The notes under the pieces are model-generated. The model worked only from the letters and a program-made list of their open reading frames with translations. It was not told where the DNA came from and made no database searches. Positions 60,101-64,000 of a DNA stretch of 64,000 bases are shown here, one piece after another. The position numbers and the translations under genes are program-made. The stretch covers positions 23,188,001 through 23,252,000 of the forward strand of contig OZ287757.1 in NCBI GenBank assembly GCA_965649765.1. Direction: 5' to 3'. The DNA is from Bispira polyomma (lineage: Eukaryota). The stretch's first letter is position 1. The number at the start of each line of letters is the position of its first letter.

Positions 60101-60809
60101 CTAACCCTACAATATACCTGGAATTAACTATTATAGGTAACACCATCAATACAGTGAAAAATATTCTTTAACATTGACAAAAATTATGTCAGATAAAGGG
60201 ACCGCTGGCTAATCACAGGTTAATAAGTAACTGGCATGACCGGTTCAGAAGCTTTGAAATTTAGAGCACTTTTATCAGTTAAATATTTTTATGTGAAAAA
60301 CCTTCATCGCAGTAAACATATTGCCATGATTCACTTTGGTCTACATTTAATATCAAGTGAATAACAAGAATAGCCTGTCTCTGGCATGGTGGCAGTGTGG
60401 TTACCAATGTGGGTTGAATCATGGTTGTCCCTTTATGTGAGAAAGATTGTCAGGTAAATAATGCAGGTTGGTGACTGACACTGTTCCAGCACCGCTTTTT
60501 TCCACCATATAATCTAGCAATTGTGATATGTCCTGAAGCATAGAAATGGGCTTATTACATGATTGTTTCACACTGTACATCAGATCTAACACAAACTCTA
60601 AACAAACTATTCTGTTGTGACAGCTCTAACACAAACTCTAAACAAACTATTCTGTTGTGACAGCTCTAACACAAACTCTTAAGGTTGTTCGCTACCTTTT
60701 TTTTTACCCCACAGAATTACACCCTGCTAGACGCACAACACGTTGAAAATGTATAATATGAAACTTACTGCCATTTCTCCAGTATGTGGTTCTTTATCCA
60801 TTCTTGTCC
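54128..60809 (-). CDS. Host gene, 3' exons 60809-60769, 59764-59715, 57343-57197, 56847-56671, 54279-54128: coiled coil + H-type-lectin-like domain; 5' end not found
   Basis: GT-AG exons splice open (phases 2,1,1,1) to ..EEFDEAVSTLTSMIDVLSVQI..KRCESG..FAMTFQQAFSAVPVL..ITTSGFDI..FNWIACV*; last three exons solid, first two less certain. Confidence 0.7.
55572..55790. repeat. 66-bp direct repeat bracketing a short GC-rich insert
   Basis: catattgtctttatatttattttataataccgtctcta..caagacttg at 55572-55637 and 55725-55790. Confidence 0.85.
58003..58246 (-). mobile_element. Near full-length MESC-like SINE with 15-bp TSD
   Basis: B box GTTCGAATCC; TSD ttcatcaggtgtgac at 57988-58002 and 58247-58261. 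Confidence 0.9.
60585..60680. repeat. 40-bp tandem repeat, ~2.4 copies
   Basis: tctaacacaaactctaaacaaactattctgttgtgacagc. Confidence 0.85.
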
Positions 60810-61004
60810 CTAAATAAAAAAAGCAAAAGTATGAAATATATATTCTTCAACTCAGGACAAATGCTATACAATAACTTTTTTTTTTCTAATTTTAACTCCA
60901 CTAAGACAGATATGTTTCTGCCACTGTGAAATACTTATCTGTTGGTGGTAGACTCAATAACCTGGTCACATTGATATATGGTCATCCTCAAGTCTTTTTA
61001 TCAT

Positions 61005-63700
61005 TTAATGTTAATGGTTTTACTTTTATACCACCATCCTCTGTGGCGCTTGTCCCAGTCAGTGTGCAAAAGGATAGTCCAGTAGACGGAAAAAGGTTGT
61101 GATCAGAGATTCAGTCGTGACCATCAGATGAATGCTTGGCGGGAAAGCGAGCTGATACAGATGTGTCTTTAGCTTCTGAACCCTGTGATGCTTGTCTCTG
61201 TCTGCAGACTGGGACGGAGGCTATTCTACTCAGCCGGTGCTACGACTAAGAATGATTTTGAACCAGCTGATTTTTGGGGTAGAAACCAGAGGTGGAGGGA
61301 CAATTGCCTCTGGTGAGATTACTGAGAGACAGCATGGATGGTAAGTCAGCAGGTTGATGTACATGGACTGTCTTAAAAATGAAAACAATTACCTTAATTT
61401 GATACGAGACTCACATAGGTAGCCAATGTAATTGCTTAAGCAGGGGAGTTGTGTGAGAGAGACGGCCAGCATGGCTTACTATTCTGCACAGGTTATTTTG
61501 AATTTTCTCTAGCTTGTGTATTTGGCCTTGCCCAATTCCACATAGTAGTGAGTTCGATAATCTAGTTGACTTGATACCAGGGCATTTGCCACTGCAATGG
61601 TATTTTCTTGGGTTAAATCCCGTCGAATCCTGCGAAAGTCACGGATGTTGCAGTAGCAGGAACAACAGATATTCGAGACATGTTTTTTGAAGGAAAAGCC
61701 AGAGTCAAAAGTAACTTCTAGGTTCTTCGCACTGTCAGCAGGAACAGTGCTATTACCAAGGAGAGTAGTAGGAAAGAAGTCAAGAACCTTTCCCCTCTGA
61801 TGTTTGAGCCAATAAGTAGGAATTCTGTTTTGTCAGGATTGAGTTTCAATTTTGAATTACTCATCAAAGATTCAATCGAAGACAAGCATCTAGAAAGCTG
61901 TTCCAGGACCTGGGAACAATTTTTGGGAGTGAGCAGTAGATCTGTGTGGCATCTGCATAGAAGTGATAGTTGATATTGTGGTGTGGGGATATTATACTTG
62001 CAAGGGTAGTAGTTTACAGTGAAAACAGAAGGGGCCCTAGGACAAAACCTTGAGGGACACCGAATGGGTGATTAAAGGGAGATGACTTAGCTCCATTGAC
62101 CCTGATGATTTGATCATGGCATTTGAGATAGGATTCAATCCATTGAAGAACCAAGTCAGATAGCCCAAACCAAGAATTAAGTCATTGAGAAAGTATATTG
62201 TGGTCAATTGTGTCAAATGCAGCAGACCAATCGAGATAGGTAGGGGTAACTACACCACCCCTATCTATAATTATATTGATGTCACTGCCGATTTTTAAAA
62301 TTGCTCTTCAAGTTGAATGGAATTTTCTGTAGGCTGACTGGTGTGTATTTCCCATATGTTTGGTGTACAGGTGTTCATTTATTTGGAGAGCAATAGCTTT
62401 CTCAATCAATTTTGAGACAAAGTTTAGATTTGATACTGGTCTGTCATTTTTAAGGTTATAATTGTCTAGATTTGGCTTTTTGAGTATGGGGCTTACATTG
62501 GTAGTTCTGAACGATTTTGTGAAGCAGCCCTCTTGAAGTAAGTAGTTTATAATGTTTGTAATTAGAGGCTATCTATATAGTCCATAAGTAAAAAAGGTGG
62601 GATAGGGTCTACGTCACATTGTTTGGAAGGGGATGGAGTAATTATTTTGAAGACTTCAACTCTGCTGGGTATTCTGAAATTAGCTGGTTTGTATGGTAGA
62701 GTTAGGGTGTTGAGACAGGTGGATGCTTTCAAAGCCATGAAAATTTTATCAATCTTCGCTGAGAAAAATTTTTCAAACATATTTGCAGCTTCAAAAAAGT
62801 TGTTACATTCCGGTAGAACCAGATCTGTAACTTTATGAAGTATCTTTTTCACAGATTGCCAATTTCCTTGAGTCTGTGCAACTTTTGTGAGATGAGAGAG
62901 TCATAGTGATTTTTTTTAGCTTTTGACAGGAGCCTGTTGTGATGATTGACAACCGTTTTGTAGTGTGACCTATCAACCCTGGATTTAGTATGGTGCCATA
63001 TTTTCTCCAGGAAGCTGTTCCGCTTCTTGGAAGTGACAATTTTTGGGGTGATCCAGTTATTGTCTAGGTGGGACGAAACATTTTTTTCCCAAAGGGGGGC
63101 ATGATTGTCTATGATATCTCCCAGAACAGTTTTGTATTGAGAAGTTTGCAGCAATCTGATGTCACTTTTAAACTTGTTGATTTTATTAATATTTTTAAAC
63201 TTGGCAGTTTTACCCATTGTGTATGTGTGAGGAAATTTAATGTAGAGGCCAACAGTAAAATGGTCAAAAATACACTCGGCCTCCAATGATTTAATGAAGT
63301 TGGGGAGTCATTATTACCAAGTCTAAAATGTGACCATGAAGGTGGGTTGGTTTGGTAGTTCTGTGAAGTCTGTAGATCAGCTTTCACCTTTGTCCATATG
63401 GATGTTGAAATCACCTGTTATTAACGTTTTAGGAGATCTAATATTAATTATGTCCATGAGATCGGTCCAGCCAGAGGCAACAGATGATTTGAGAGACATT
63501 GTGGCCTATAAACCATCAAGAGGCAAAAGTAATGAGAACCATGAGTAATTTTCAGGTAGATGGATTCGAATGAAGTGAAATTAGGAAAATTGATTTCAGT
63601 GACATTGAAAATCTTTTTCACAGACGCCGACTCCACCGCCTATCCTGTCTCTGCGGGGCTTTTGAAAGAAATTGTAAGCAGGGGAGGGGGGGGGGGGGGG
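61005..63700 (-). mobile_element. Decayed L2-group LINE ORF2 (APE endonuclease + RT) and 3' tail
   Basis: Minus-strand motifs FESIYL, VYRP, GDFNIHMD, DHF, CDVDPIP, AFDTIDH, GVPQGFVLGP, YADATQ, LKLNPDKTE; many stops. Confidence 0.85.
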
Positions 63701-64000
63701 GATGCTAGCTATAAAAGAGTCATTTTTTCCAATTTCTGTCTCAGTGATACTGGCTACGTCAAGTTAGTTGCTGAGTATACTGTCCACAGCTGAAGGAGAG
63801 AGTGACAGTTACTGGTGTTGGTTGCCTGTATTTGGCAAGTCAATAAAAGGTTAATTAGAACATTGACTACCATATAAAGGTAGTTAAATGCAGAAAAACC
63901 TGTAATAATGTGAATGCAAAAAAATGTATGGTAGTGTGTCATTGGCAGATTTAGTATATTGTGGCTGTTAAATATCATTAACAGTTAATGGGGCGTTAAT

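Overview
AT-rich eukaryotic (intron-containing) DNA, probably from a mollusc or other lophotrochozoan (inferred from MESC-like tRNA-derived SINEs, an H-type-lectin-like gene and the TE families). Host genes: (i) a tandem family of 5-exon secreted proteins with signal peptide, Cys-rich prodomain, Thr/Ser mucin-like 18-aa repeats, an RGKR furin site and a 7-Cys Spaetzle/cystine-knot-like C-terminal domain (intact copies at 4024-6755 and 19850-28104, collapsed pseudogene at ~11517-12380); (ii) the 3' exons of a minus-strand coiled-coil + H-type-lectin-like gene (54128-60809). The rest is nested mobile DNA: about six Ngaro/DIRS-type tyrosine-recombinase (YR) retrotransposon copies, one apparently intact with split direct repeats (31042-38376); an 8.4-kb rearranged Maverick/Polinton with ~590-bp TIRs, 6-bp TSD, packaging ATPase, PC4 and two BIR (IAP) ORFs; a THAP-carrying Kolobok; a Ginger-like element; L2 and Tx1 LINE remnants; SINEs and MITEs. 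The strongest signal is a three-way expression scheme conserved across divergent Ngaro copies: Gag alone; Gag-Pol by in-frame stop readthrough (TAG-GG) or, in one family, by a -1 frameshift (A AAA AAC + hairpin); and an ATG-less recombinase that becomes an in-frame Gag-YR fusion through a conserved splice donor in gag and an acceptor 6 nt after the pol stop. All family assignments are by motif recognition; no searches were run.
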